A stretch of 64,000 nucleotides of DNA from NCBI GenBank assembly GCA_040767805.1, contig JAXGNU010000002.1, positions 132,756 through 196,755 of the forward strand, read 5' to 3'. A program made the position numbers and the translations under genes. Source of the DNA: Thermovirgaceae bacterium (GTDB lineage: Bacteria; Synergistota; Synergistia; Synergistales; Thermovirgaceae). Each line of letters opens with the position of its first letter. Within the stretch, counting starts at the first letter, position 1. Positions 17,925 through 27,159 of this stretch are shown in pieces. The notes under the pieces are model-generated. The model was not told the DNA's origin. It saw only the letters and a program-made list of their open reading frames with translations, and did not search any database.

Positions 17925-19106
17925 TCACCGGGGTCGGCCCCCGAACCCGAAGGCGCTGGGGGCCCTCCCCGCCGTCGTGGCGGACATGTAAGTCACCACC
18001 ACCATGCCCTCGCTCACGCCCTCGCCGGAGACCTCGGTGTACATGCCGTCGTAGATGCCGGTCTTCACCGGGTGGGGCACCAGTTCCCCCTTTTCAAGGG
18101 TCCAGAGGACGGCCCCCTTCGGCCTGGAGCTGCCGCTCTCCCCTGTGGGCTTGAACCTCAGGGCCGAACTGGCCACCTTCAAAATATCTCCTTTTTTTTC
18201 GACGATGACCGAAACGTTGGCCGTCATGCCCGGCATCAGGATCTTCCTCTCGTTGTCCACGGAAATGACGACCCTGTAGGTCACCACGTTGTCCGTGGTA
18301 GCGGCGGCGAGGCGGACCTCCTTGACGGAGCCGGTGAAGGATTCCTCGGGGAAGGCGTCCACGGTGAATTGGACCGTCTGACCCCGGCGGACCTGGCCGA
18401 TATCGGCCTCGTCGATATTGGCTTCCACCTGCATCCTCGCCAGGTCCTCGGCGATGGTGAAGAGCGTCGGCGCCGACTGGCTCGCGTTGACCGTCTGGCC
18501 CTCATCCACTTCCCTGTCGATTACGACCCCGTCGATGGGCGACACGATGCTGGCGTGCCCAAGGTTGATCTTTTTGTACTCCAGGTCCGCCCTGGCCTGG
18601 GAGAGGTACGCCTCGGCGCTCTTAAGCCGCGAGAGGGAGGTCTCGTAAGCCGTCTTGGACTGGTCGAGTTCCATGGCCGCGATATAACCTCTCGAAAAGA
18701 GGTCCCGGTTGCGTTCCAGGTTCTTTTTCGCTTCGGCCAGGTTCGCCCGGACCTCCTGGAGCGAAGCGGAGGCGGAGAGCACACTGGCCTCGGACTGCCT
18801 GATGTTGGCCTCGAGCAGAGACGGGTCTATCTCCGCGAGGAGCTGCCCCTTGGCCACGACGGAGTTGTAGTCCACGTGGATCTTCTTTATCGTGCCCGAG
18901 ACCTGGGCCCCGACGTTCACCGTGTTGACGGCGTTCAGCGACCCCGTGGCGGAAACGGTCTTCACGATACCCCCCCGCAGGACGGTGGTGGTCTGGACTT
19001 CGGGCAGGCTTGAGGAACGGCCATGGTAGAACAGGAAACCCGCCGCGGCCAGCAATAGTGCCCCCGCAACCAGGAATTCTCTACTTTTCAACCTGACCTT
19101 CATCAT
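17925..19106 (-). CDS. MacA-like periplasmic adaptor (membrane fusion protein)
   Basis: N-terminal TM, VGAQVSG, SPIDGVVI, EADIG, PGMTANV. Confidence 0.92.
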   Translation of the reverse strand: MMKVRLKSREFLVAGALLLAAAGFLFYHGRSSSLPEVQTTTVLRGGIVKTVSATGSLNAVNTVNVGAQVSGTIKKIHVDYNSVVAKGQLLAEIDPSLLEANIRQSEASVLSASASLQEVRANLAEAKKNLERNRDLFSRGYIAAMELDQSKTAYETSLSRLKSAEAYLSQARADLEYKKINLGHASIVSPIDGVVIDREVDEGQTVNASQSAPTLFTIAEDLARMQVEANIDEADIGQVRRGQTVQFTVDAFPEESFTGSVKEVRLAAATTDNVVTYRVVISVDNERKILMPGMTANVSVIVEKKGDILKVASSALRFKPTGESGSSRPKGAVLWTLEKGELVPHPVKTGIYDGMYTEVSGEGVSEGMVVVTYMSATTAGRAPSAFGFGGRPR

Positions 19107-20383
19107 CGCTCCACTCCCATCGCCTTCTCGAGGGCGGCCCTCGCCGTCATCCCGTCGTAGAGCGCCCCGTACCACGCGGCTTTCGCCTCGGCAAAGTTCT
19201 TCGTCGCGTCCGAGACCTCCAGGGGCGACCCGACCCCCGTCCTGTACCTTCCCGCGGCGATCTCCAGGTTCTCCGATGCCATCTTCAACCCCTCGGCGGC
19301 GGCAAGCTCGGCCTCGGCCGAATCGGACGCGGCGAGCCAGGCGCTCGTGACATCCTTCAGCACCTGTTGCCGGTAGGACTCGAGCCGGGCTTCGGCGCCC
19401 TCGAGGTTGGCCCCGGCCTCCCGGATCTTTTCTCTCCTCAGGCCGCCATCGAAAAGAGGAAAGGACAGGGTCAGCCCAGCTCTCCAGCTGTCCTGCCCCC
19501 AGAAATCGGTCGAACCCCACCCGTAGCCCGCCGACAGGTCCAGTTTCGGGGCGTTGTCCAACCCGGCGAGGGCGGCTGACGCTTCCGCCGACGCCAGGTT
19601 CACCCTGTAGATCTCCAGGTCGGGCCGGTTCTCTAGGGCGGAGCTCACGGCGGCGTCCAGCGTAGGCAGTTCGGCCGGAGATATCGATCCCGGGTCCTCG
19701 GCGACCTCCGCCAGGGAGAAGTCGGGCATCCCGGGGGAACCCATCGCCGCCTTCAGCGAGGTCATCGCTTCCTTGAGGGCGGTCCTGGCCTGCACGAGGG
19801 CCAGGTTGGCATTGCTCCTTGAAACCCGGGCGGCCGTCACATCGTACCTGGATACGCGGCCCACCTCGAAAAAGGCCTCGGCCTGCCCCAGCCTCTCGTC
19901 GTTCAAGGCCAGGCTCTCTTCCGCGACCTCGAGGTTCTTCATGGTCTTCAGAACCTGGTAATAGGACCTCGTGACCTCGAAAACGATGTCGGAGCGCTTA
20001 GCCTCCAGCGCCAGGGCCTTCCCCTCGGCGTCGAGCAGGCTTCTCCTGAGGGAGATGTGAGTTCTCCCCCAGTCGCTCACGACCTGTGATAGGGTTATAC
20101 CGCTCGACCAGGAACCTTCCGAAGGACCCGGGGAGGACCTCTCGGAAAAACCCGAGGAGAAACTCATCGATGGGTAAAATCCTGCCCTGACTTGGCCCGT
20201 CCTGGCTTCCGAAGCGGCCAGGTCAGCCCGTCCGGCCGCCAGGTCCGGGTGACCCGAGAGGGCTCTCTCGATGCACTCACCCAGGCTCATCATAGCCGGC
20301 GCGGCTTCCTCCGCCGCGACCGCCGGGACCAAGAGCAGGAGTAACAGAAAAACCAGGGGGAACGCTTTCTTCGTCAGCGCCAT
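19103..20383 (-). CDS. TolC family outer membrane protein
   Basis: Signal peptide, NRPDL, LSFPLFDGG, RYRTGVGSPLEV. Confidence 0.9.
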   Translation of the reverse strand: MALTKKAFPLVFLLLLLLVPAVAAEEAAPAMMSLGECIERALSGHPDLAAGRADLAASEARTGQVRAGFYPSMSFSSGFSERSSPGPSEGSWSSGITLSQVVSDWGRTHISLRRSLLDAEGKALALEAKRSDIVFEVTRSYYQVLKTMKNLEVAEESLALNDERLGQAEAFFEVGRVSRYDVTAARVSRSNANLALVQARTALKEAMTSLKAAMGSPGMPDFSLAEVAEDPGSISPAELPTLDAAVSSALENRPDLEIYRVNLASAEASAALAGLDNAPKLDLSAGYGWGSTDFWGQDSWRAGLTLSFPLFDGGLRREKIREAGANLEGAEARLESYRQQVLKDVTSAWLAASDSAEAELAAAEGLKMASENLEIAAGRYRTGVGSPLEVSDATKNFAEAKAAWYGALYDGMTARAALEKAMGVER

Positions 20384-20580
20384 GGCTTACCACCTATCTC
20401 GCCCTGTTTGCCCACAATTTTAATCTCTCGATGATGAAGACGGGGTAGAGAAATGTAAAGGATGGTTAAGGGGGACCGGGACTCCCGCGTGGCTCTTTCA
20501 GGGGTATCACTTTTTTAGACCTTCCGTCGGTTAAGCCCTGCACTCCCGGCGGAACCTGGGAGAAACTGCGACGCTCCTTT

Positions 20581-21123
20581 TCACTCGACCAGCAGCAGGG
20601 CGAAGCGGTCCGGTTCTTCGAGGCGGTCCTTTTTGACCGAAAGGGTGTACCCGTACTTTTTCACGCTGGAGTAAACGTCGATGGCAAAGGCCTCCATAGT
20701 GGGCCGCCTTTTATAGGGCAATCGGCAGTCGCTGGGCTCGGCCACGCATTCTTCGCAGAGGTTGCAGTTATCGAAGGAGAGGAGGAAGGCTTTCTCAAAG
20801 CCCGAGAGGAATACCCGCCTCTCGGCCTCGATCAACCTCTCCTGGTTCTCGAGGCACCACTGCCGCCTCCCCTCGGGGGGGACTCTGCAGGACAAGTGTA
20901 TCAGGAGGGCCCGGGAGTATTCCCGCAGGAATTCCCGGCACTCCGGCACCGAGGGGACATGGGGTGGGCAGGAAGCGTTCCTGCCGTAGTCGGGGCACCC
21001 GAACATGCACTTGGCCCTCACCCACTGGGATACCACCAGCTCCGAGGGCTGCACCCACTGGTGGTCGTGAAACCCGGCCTCAGCCAGTATCCGGGTGACC
21101 CCGGCGGCGGCATCCTCATTCAT
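20581..21123 (-). CDS. DUF2284-like Cys-rich metal-binding protein
   Basis: KCMFGCPDYGRNASCPP, CNLCEEC...CRLP...RPTMEAFAIDV. Confidence 0.75.
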   Translation of the reverse strand: MNEDAAAGVTRILAEAGFHDHQWVQPSELVVSQWVRAKCMFGCPDYGRNASCPPHVPSVPECREFLREYSRALLIHLSCRVPPEGRRQWCLENQERLIEAERRVFLSGFEKAFLLSFDNCNLCEECVAEPSDCRLPYKRRPTMEAFAIDVYSSVKKYGYTLSVKKDRLEEPDRFALLLVE

Positions 21124-21281
21124 TGATCCTCGCCCTCCCCATCTTCCGGGGGCCGGTACGAAAATGGCCCCCCTCAAGGCCAACCATTATAGCAAGGAAG
21201 AAAGACATGGATGACAAAACCCTGCGTGCAAAGTAGAATTTGCTGGACGGGGACAAAACGAGGGTCGGGAGGTTCGCTTAA

Positions 21282-21809
21282 GTGTCAAGGCCGAAACGGG
21301 GCTTCACCCTGGTAGAGATCCTCCTCACGATACTGATCATAGGCATCCTCGCCGGGAACCTGCTGCTGACCTCGGGCATCTCGAGGGATCGGTCCGCCGC
21401 GACGAGGATCGTCTCGGACCTGATGACCCTCAAGAGAACGGCCATGCTGTTCTTCTCCGATAACGACCGCTGGCCCGGCGAAAGCGACTACGACAGGCTC
21501 AACGCCTACATGAGCGGCCACATCCAACTCCAGGCCTGGGACGAGGATTCGGGGGTCTACGCCATCAGGAAGCACGAGTCCCGGGGTACGGTCTACGCCG
21601 CCGCGAGGGTGGCCGACGAATTCGGCGGTTCGCCCCGCATAAGGGAGTTCCTGGAAAGGGACTCATCAGAGTACGGCCTCCTTAACGGAGATCTGCAGCC
21701 CTATCGCGCCGACCCCGTCGTGGCGGTGAGGATAAAGGACATCGCGCCGGGGTCCGACGAAGACGGAGAGGATAATCCCTCCGTGCCGGAAGGCCCCGGC
21801 GGCCCTTGA
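21282..21809 (+). CDS. Type IV pilin/pseudopilin-like protein (reading frame continues past TGA to 21938)
   Basis: Prepilin peptidase motif KRG|FTLVEILL. Confidence 0.88.
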   Translation: MSRPKRGFTLVEILLTILIIGILAGNLLLTSGISRDRSAATRIVSDLMTLKRTAMLFFSDNDRWPGESDYDRLNAYMSGHIQLQAWDEDSGVYAIRKHESRGTVYAAARVADEFGGSPRIREFLERDSSEYGLLNGDLQPYRADPVVAVRIKDIAPGSDEDGEDNPSVPEGPGGP

Positions 21810-21938
21810 CGGGGTTCCAGGTCGGATACCGGCGGCGATACCGTTATTTATGACGGGAAGCAGTACAAGGCTAAATGGTACGTTGACCCCGGGGAGGACC
21901 CGCCGGGGTCATCCGGTGCCTGGGAGTTGATCCCTTGA
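21810..21938 (+). pseudogene. Cryptic CBM5/12 (chitin-binding-type) module in frame after the pilin stop codon
   Basis: In-frame translation RGSRSDTGGDTVIYDGKQYKAKWYVDPGEDPPGSSGAWELIP* fits the pattern GD-x-V-x-Y-x-G-x-x-Y-x-AKW...PG...W. Confidence 0.7.
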
Positions 21939-21963
21939 GCATTACCCCTGGGGAGGAACTGGA

Positions 21964-22470
21964 ATGGCTACGGTGATCGCCGTCTGCGCCGGCGAGGACC
22001 GGCAGAAACCCAAGAGGGCCCTCGAAGCGGCCTGCTTCGTCGAGGGGATGGGCATCGCCGGCGACGGGCATTTCGGGATGGGGGATCGCCAGGTTAGCCT
22101 CCTCCGGTCCGAGGACGTGGCCCTGGCGGAGGCCGAGGCTGGTTTCCCCTTCCCCCCGGGTTCCCTGGCGGAGAACCTCGTGGTCCGAGGGCTGCCGTCG
22201 GAACTGGCTCCCGGGTCACTGCTTTGGGTAGGGGCCGAGGTAGTCCTGGAAGTGGTCGAAAAGGGGAAAAGGCCCGGTGAGCCCCACTCCTACGACTACC
22301 GAGGGTGGTGCCTCCTGCCGACGGCGGGTTACTTCCTGAAGGTATTGACCGGCGGCGGGGTGAGCCCCGGCGACACCGTGGTCCTGGAGGTAAAGCACCT
22401 TAAGGCCTTAAGGGAGGATCCTGCCCCCTCGAAGCCGCGGGCCTCGGGCAGGTCAGGGCGCGCCGGGTGA
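21964..22470 (+). CDS. MOSC domain protein
   Basis: GIAGDGH, RQVSLL, GSLAENLVV, GGGVSPGD. Confidence 0.85.
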   Translation: MATVIAVCAGEDRQKPKRALEAACFVEGMGIAGDGHFGMGDRQVSLLRSEDVALAEAEAGFPFPPGSLAENLVVRGLPSELAPGSLLWVGAEVVLEVVEKGKRPGEPHSYDYRGWCLLPTAGYFLKVLTGGGVSPGDTVVLEVKHLKALREDPAPSKPRASGRSGRAG

Positions 22471-23313
22471 AGCGGCACGGGTCAGCCCCTCGATGAAAAG
22501 CGCCGTCTCCGCAGCGCCGCCCAGCCGGTAGGTCGCCAAGGTCCCCCTGTCAGTTCCCGCTTCGGCGACGATGACACCCGCCCCCCTACCCGCGACGGCC
22601 CTGAAACCGTCCTCGTCGGTGATATCGTCCCCCACGTAGAGGGCGAAGGAATTGGCTGGGGTCATCCCGAGGCGGTCCAGGAGCCATAGGACGGCGGAAC
22701 CCTTGTTCCATTCCATGCCGGGCAGCACTTCCACGGCTTTCTTGTCGGGCCTCGCCCTCAAGCTTCCTACGCCGGCGGCCGCCTCCTCGACGAGAGAGAT
22801 CAGCGAGCCCACGTCCTCCTTGGCCACGAGCCTGTAATGAACCGTCAAGCAGAACCGTTTCCTCTGGAGGATTGCGCCGGGGAAACCGTCCAGGATCCTT
22901 TCAAAGCGTTCACCCGCCTCTTCCAGGGCATGGGCGTACTCCTCCCCCGTCCGGAAGGCGACGCCGCTCCCGGGGGGACCGGTTATCTCGAAACCGTGGC
23001 ATCCGGAGTAAAAAAGGTCCGGAAGTCCCACTCTCATCCGGATATCCTCCAGGCCTCTCCCCGTCACGACGGCCACGGCGGCGACCCTTGAAAGGGCTTC
23101 CAGCCTCGACCTCATGGCCGGGTCAAGGTAAGCCTCGTAGGGGTCCTTCACAATAGGGGTTAGAGTGCCGTCGAAATCGAAGGCTGCAAAAAGCCGCCTT
23201 CCCCGGGCGGCTTCCTCGATGAGTCCCATGCTATCCAGCGCCGGCGGGAGCCTGCACGGCAAGGCGCCGGAGGATTCTCCCTTCATGGCGGACGGCCTGC
23301 CGGTCTCACCCAT
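22453..23313 (-). CDS. otsB: Trehalose-6-phosphate phosphatase (HAD IIB)
   Basis: DFDGTLTPI, VTGR, GCHGFE, WNKGSAV, GDDITDEDGF. Confidence 0.88.
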   Translation of the reverse strand: MGETGRPSAMKGESSGALPCRLPPALDSMGLIEEAARGRRLFAAFDFDGTLTPIVKDPYEAYLDPAMRSRLEALSRVAAVAVVTGRGLEDIRMRVGLPDLFYSGCHGFEITGPPGSGVAFRTGEEYAHALEEAGERFERILDGFPGAILQRKRFCLTVHYRLVAKEDVGSLISLVEEAAAGVGSLRARPDKKAVEVLPGMEWNKGSAVLWLLDRLGMTPANSFALYVGDDITDEDGFRAVAGRGAGVIVAEAGTDRGTLATYRLGGAAETALFIEGLTRAASPGAP

Positions 23314-23776
23314 TCTGCTTCCCCGTCATCTCCTCGATATCGACCCTGATGATCACTATCCTCGCCAGGGCCTGGGCCGGGAACTCGTACTCCTTCCCCG
23401 TGTAGTGCCCCATGATGAGGTTCATCCCGCGGACTTTTTCATCGGGTTCCCTCAGGATTTCGGCCCTCCCCCAGGCGATCACGCTCTTGTAGTACATGGA
23501 GAAATCGCAGGCCTCCTGGGCGTACTTCATCTGCAGGTCCGCCTCGAACTCGAGGCAGACATAGGGGTTTTTCCCGATGACGTCAAGTTTTCTCCCCTCC
23601 GAGGCGCAGTGCATGTATACCTTGCCCTCGTGGTAACCGAAGTTCATGGGCACCACGTAGGGCCTGTCTCCGTCACACAAACCCATCCTGCATACGGAAG
23701 ACCCCCTTATGATCTTCTCCATCGTCGCCAGGTCCTTTATCTCCCTTTCCTTCCTTCGCATCTCCTTAACCCCCAT
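23306..23776 (-). CDS. Pyridoxamine 5'-phosphate oxidase/NimA-like flavin-binding protein
   Basis: MRRKEREI, PYVVPMNFG, HCASEGRK, YKSVIAWG, MTGK. Confidence 0.85.
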   Translation of the reverse strand: MGVKEMRRKEREIKDLATMEKIIRGSSVCRMGLCDGDRPYVVPMNFGYHEGKVYMHCASEGRKLDVIGKNPYVCLEFEADLQMKYAQEACDFSMYYKSVIAWGRAEILREPDEKVRGMNLIMGHYTGKEYEFPAQALARIVIIRVDIEEMTGKQNG

Positions 23777-24099
23777 TTATCAAGGAAAAGATTTTTCACA
23801 GCCCGACGCCTTACAATTTAACACGATCAGACACCCCCTTAAAAGGCTCAATTGAAGAACCCGACAGGGAGTAACAGGTTCCGCTGTCATCCGGGGCCTC
23901 GAGGCCTGCACGAGCAAGGGGTCTTAACCCCGGTCCCGAGAGAAGGTGCTGACAGGGATGGCTGAAATGGCTTTCGCGCCGACGCTTGTATCGGCAGTGG
24001 ACATGATCGCCTTGTCGGCTGCACAAAAGGATGCGGCCCGTTGCGAAACCCAAAGGGCCCCGCGATAAAGGCGGCCAGGCAGGCTCTGGAATATCGAGA

Positions 24100-24300
24100 G
24101 CGAAATGTCCATGATCATCAACCCCATGCACAGTTCGAACCTGAGACATCTTGACCAGCCGGTTGCCCAGGGTCTGTCTGTGGATTATCGGTATTTTGGC
24201 GGTACCCTGCCTGTTCCCCTCCCAAGGTATGCTCTTGAGGTCCGGCACAGAATACCCTTGTGCCTTTCATCGTATTCCCCCGGGGACAATAAATACTCCC
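24100..24300 (-). pseudogene. Degenerate fragment of a PucR-family C-terminal HTH
   Basis: Across frameshifts reads EYDERHKGILCRT..., EGNRQGTAKIPIIHRQTLGNRLVKMS, RFELCMGLMIMDI; collinear with the 3' end of the PucR pseudogene at about 27160-27380. Confidence 0.7.
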
Positions 24301-24430
24301 ACTCTTGTCTTGGAAAACTACAATTGCAAGCTCCTGTGCACTATTGATTTTTTTTGCGATGAATATTTATACTGTTAACAGGTGGAACAAAAAGTACTTT
24401 CACGAACCTACCAATGGGAGGTGAGCTCTA

Positions 24431-25249
24431 GTGAGATGTCCAGTAAGAGTAGTATTCATTGCCGTTCTTGTTTCCCTTTTCGCTTTTCCGGCGTTTCCAT
24501 CCGATGTGCCCGGAAGCAAGGATTACCCTCTTCTGCCCCGGATCACGGGTTACTACATAGGAGACTACCAGGAGGTTGAATTCGGTTCACACGACTTTAT
24601 CGACCCCGAAGGCGACTATCTGACGGTGGAAGGACGCCGTATCCAGATCGAATACGATATCAACGAGGGGGAGTCACCTCCGGGTGATCTTTTCGTGATA
24701 GTGAACTACGAAAGGGCCGCCTCGGGAGAAGGAGGCAGTTTTTACCGTCACAGGGAGGATATGACCTACCTGACGCTCCAACAGGACAGCACAGAGACCT
24801 GGGCTGAGGTCATGAGCCAGGGTGACGGCCAGACCTATTGGCTGGTCATCGTCGAAAAGGGAGTGGCTCAACAGCGGATCTCCGCCGATGAAATGGCTCG
24901 GACTTTGAAAACCGCAGGAAGGGTATCCCTTTCCATCCATTTTGATACCGGCAAGGCTGTCATCAAGACTGAATCACAGGGGATCATCGACGAGATCTTC
25001 CAGATGATGACCGAGGATGGCCGGATGAGGCTCAAGGTGGAAGGTCATACCGATTCAGTCGGGAATGAAGCCGATAACCTCGCGCTTTCGAAGGACCGCG
25101 CCATGGCGGTGGTTCAGTCACTTGTAGAAAAGGGTATTGAACCCGAGCGCCTTGAATACGAGGGTTTTGGAGAATCACGCCCGGTAGCCGACAATGAAAC
25201 GGCATCCGGAAGGGCTAAAAACCGCAGGGTCGACCTGGTCCTGCTTTAA
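24431..25249 (+). CDS. OmpA family protein with N-terminal periplasmic domain
   Basis: Signal peptide, DVPGSKDYPLLPR; OmpA-C motifs HFDTGKA, EGHTDSVG, NLALSKDRA, GRAKNRRVDL. Confidence 0.9.
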   Translation: MRCPVRVVFIAVLVSLFAFPAFPSDVPGSKDYPLLPRITGYYIGDYQEVEFGSHDFIDPEGDYLTVEGRRIQIEYDINEGESPPGDLFVIVNYERAASGEGGSFYRHREDMTYLTLQQDSTETWAEVMSQGDGQTYWLVIVEKGVAQQRISADEMARTLKTAGRVSLSIHFDTGKAVIKTESQGIIDEIFQMMTEDGRMRLKVEGHTDSVGNEADNLALSKDRAMAVVQSLVEKGIEPERLEYEGFGESRPVADNETASGRAKNRRVDLVLL

Positions 25250-25260
25250 GGCCCGACGCT

Positions 25261-27135
25261 ATGATCAACAGGGCAGTTGAACGTATCGCCCTTACGGTCC
25301 TGCTCGCTTGCGCTGTACTTATTGGTATTCATTCGGGTGCGCAAGGAGCACTTCCCGACAGTATTCCCGTGTCGATCCATCTGGAAGCGTCCTGGAACAC
25401 CGATGAAGGGGATTCCCAACTCTTCGAGACGGGGTCGTGCAGCATACATGTCTCGGGACAGATGGTCAGGAGCGCAGGCGACAGCATCTTTTTTTCCCAT
25501 TACATCCCTTCGGGCGTCACGGCTTCCTACCGTTACGATGAATCTATCATAGCCCGCCCATCCGACGAAGAGAGCGAATGCCGAGGGGAGATAGGCAGGG
25601 TTTTTGCTTCCGGTTCCATCGGTGTCGGTTTTGAGCCGGGAACCGACAAGGCATCTCTCTTCTTGCAGTCCTTCACCGGCCCGCTTGGGGTCGGCGCATT
25701 TCTTCAAGCTACGGCAGACCCGGTTATCCTCGACCCCGAAGGCCTTATCGAGAGAATGGCGAATGATCCCGACAGGACTGTCTACTCCTTCTTCCTTATG
25801 GTCCCGGTTACAGCGTCGGTCGAAGAGGTGAGCGGGTGCGAAACCCTGTTCACAAAGACCCTTGATCTGGCCCTTGCTGCAAACGCTGTTTCGGAAATGG
25901 GCATTACCGGGTTGACCGGCAGTTATTCCTGGGATGCTGAGGATCCGCCAAAAAGCGGGGCATCTCTTTTCGCGGTCGGGGAAAAGATCCATTACGGTCC
26001 GGAACCAGGTACGAAAAAACACGGCAGCGTGACTTTCTCATGGACCTTCGGGGAAATTGAACCAGTGGTAGCCCTTTACTGGGTAAAGGAGACCGAAAGG
26101 GTCGAATTCACCGGTGAAGAGATCGAGGTAATGGCAGGAAGGAAGGTAATGCTCGAGGCTGAAGTTTTCCCCCCGGCCGATGAAGCCTCAGCAGGGCAAT
26201 GGGAGCTCCCGTCCTCTTTTATCGCGGGCCTCGAGGGGTATGACCGCGGAAACTTCGCCAGGGGTAAGGCTATCCCACTGGCCGAAGGGGATAAACGAAG
26301 GAGGCGGATCGAATTCTACTGCCTGGACGGGGCTTTCCAGGGCAAAGACCAAAAGATAGCTTACGCTGCGACGATAAAGGGGGAAAAGGTCGAAGGGAAA
26401 GGGACGGTGAAAGTATTTTCCCCTGAAGCGGACATCGACGTCATCCCAGAAAAGAGGGTTTCGATAGGGGTCGTTCCCCCGGAGAAAGGATGCTCGGCAT
26501 ACCTCGGAAGGATAGCCCCGCCCTTGTCCATCCCGGGGATAGAGATCAAGGGCAAGGCAAGATTCCCGGCCGGTTTCGAAAAGGAAGAGGCGGAACACTC
26601 CATCTGCTACGTCCAGTTGCTCAGGGAGAACATCCTCGAAAGGAAAGGCGGGTTCGGGCAACAGGGGGGGGACTACTTCCAGCTTGTATCGGAGAATTTC
26701 TCTCTTGACACAAGGTTCCCCTACGGCGGGCTCGAAGGGAAAGAAAGCCTTGAAATGAACGACGTTCCCAGCGACGAGATCGGCCCACTGACCCAGAATA
26801 TCCATCATTTCCAGGATTTCCGCACTACCCTTCTTATAAGGCCCGGGCCCGACGGGAAGGCCATCTGGCTGCCGATCGAGACCATTCCCTGGTCGTGGCG
26901 GTTTTCCCTTGAGAGGGTGAAGGACAATCCAGGGTGGGACGAGACCTGTCTGCCCGGGAACTTCAGGATAACCAATACCCGTTTCGTCATTCCAGGAAAA
27001 AGAGAAAAGTTCAGCGGAAAGCTGGAGGACGTCCCTTCATGGGACAAGGTCCTGGATGGTTCCGAAAAGGCCATGCATCATAATGATGACAACCGATGGC
27101 TGGACGATGTCAATACCTTCAGGAAAATAAAATAG
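25261..27135 (+). CDS. Large secreted hypothetical protein (624 aa)
   Basis: Long ORF 11 bp after ompA, N-terminal signal-like segment, no family recognised. Confidence 0.75.
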   Translation: MINRAVERIALTVLLACAVLIGIHSGAQGALPDSIPVSIHLEASWNTDEGDSQLFETGSCSIHVSGQMVRSAGDSIFFSHYIPSGVTASYRYDESIIARPSDEESECRGEIGRVFASGSIGVGFEPGTDKASLFLQSFTGPLGVGAFLQATADPVILDPEGLIERMANDPDRTVYSFFLMVPVTASVEEVSGCETLFTKTLDLALAANAVSEMGITGLTGSYSWDAEDPPKSGASLFAVGEKIHYGPEPGTKKHGSVTFSWTFGEIEPVVALYWVKETERVEFTGEEIEVMAGRKVMLEAEVFPPADEASAGQWELPSSFIAGLEGYDRGNFARGKAIPLAEGDKRRRRIEFYCLDGAFQGKDQKIAYAATIKGEKVEGKGTVKVFSPEADIDVIPEKRVSIGVVPPEKGCSAYLGRIAPPLSIPGIEIKGKARFPAGFEKEEAEHSICYVQLLRENILERKGGFGQQGGDYFQLVSENFSLDTRFPYGGLEGKESLEMNDVPSDEIGPLTQNIHHFQDFRTTLLIRPGPDGKAIWLPIETIPWSWRFSLERVKDNPGWDETCLPGNFRITNTRFVIPGKREKFSGKLEDVPSWDKVLDGSEKAMHHNDDNRWLDDVNTFRKIK

Positions 27136-27159
27136 AACAGGCGCTGAAAGCTGTCGGGA

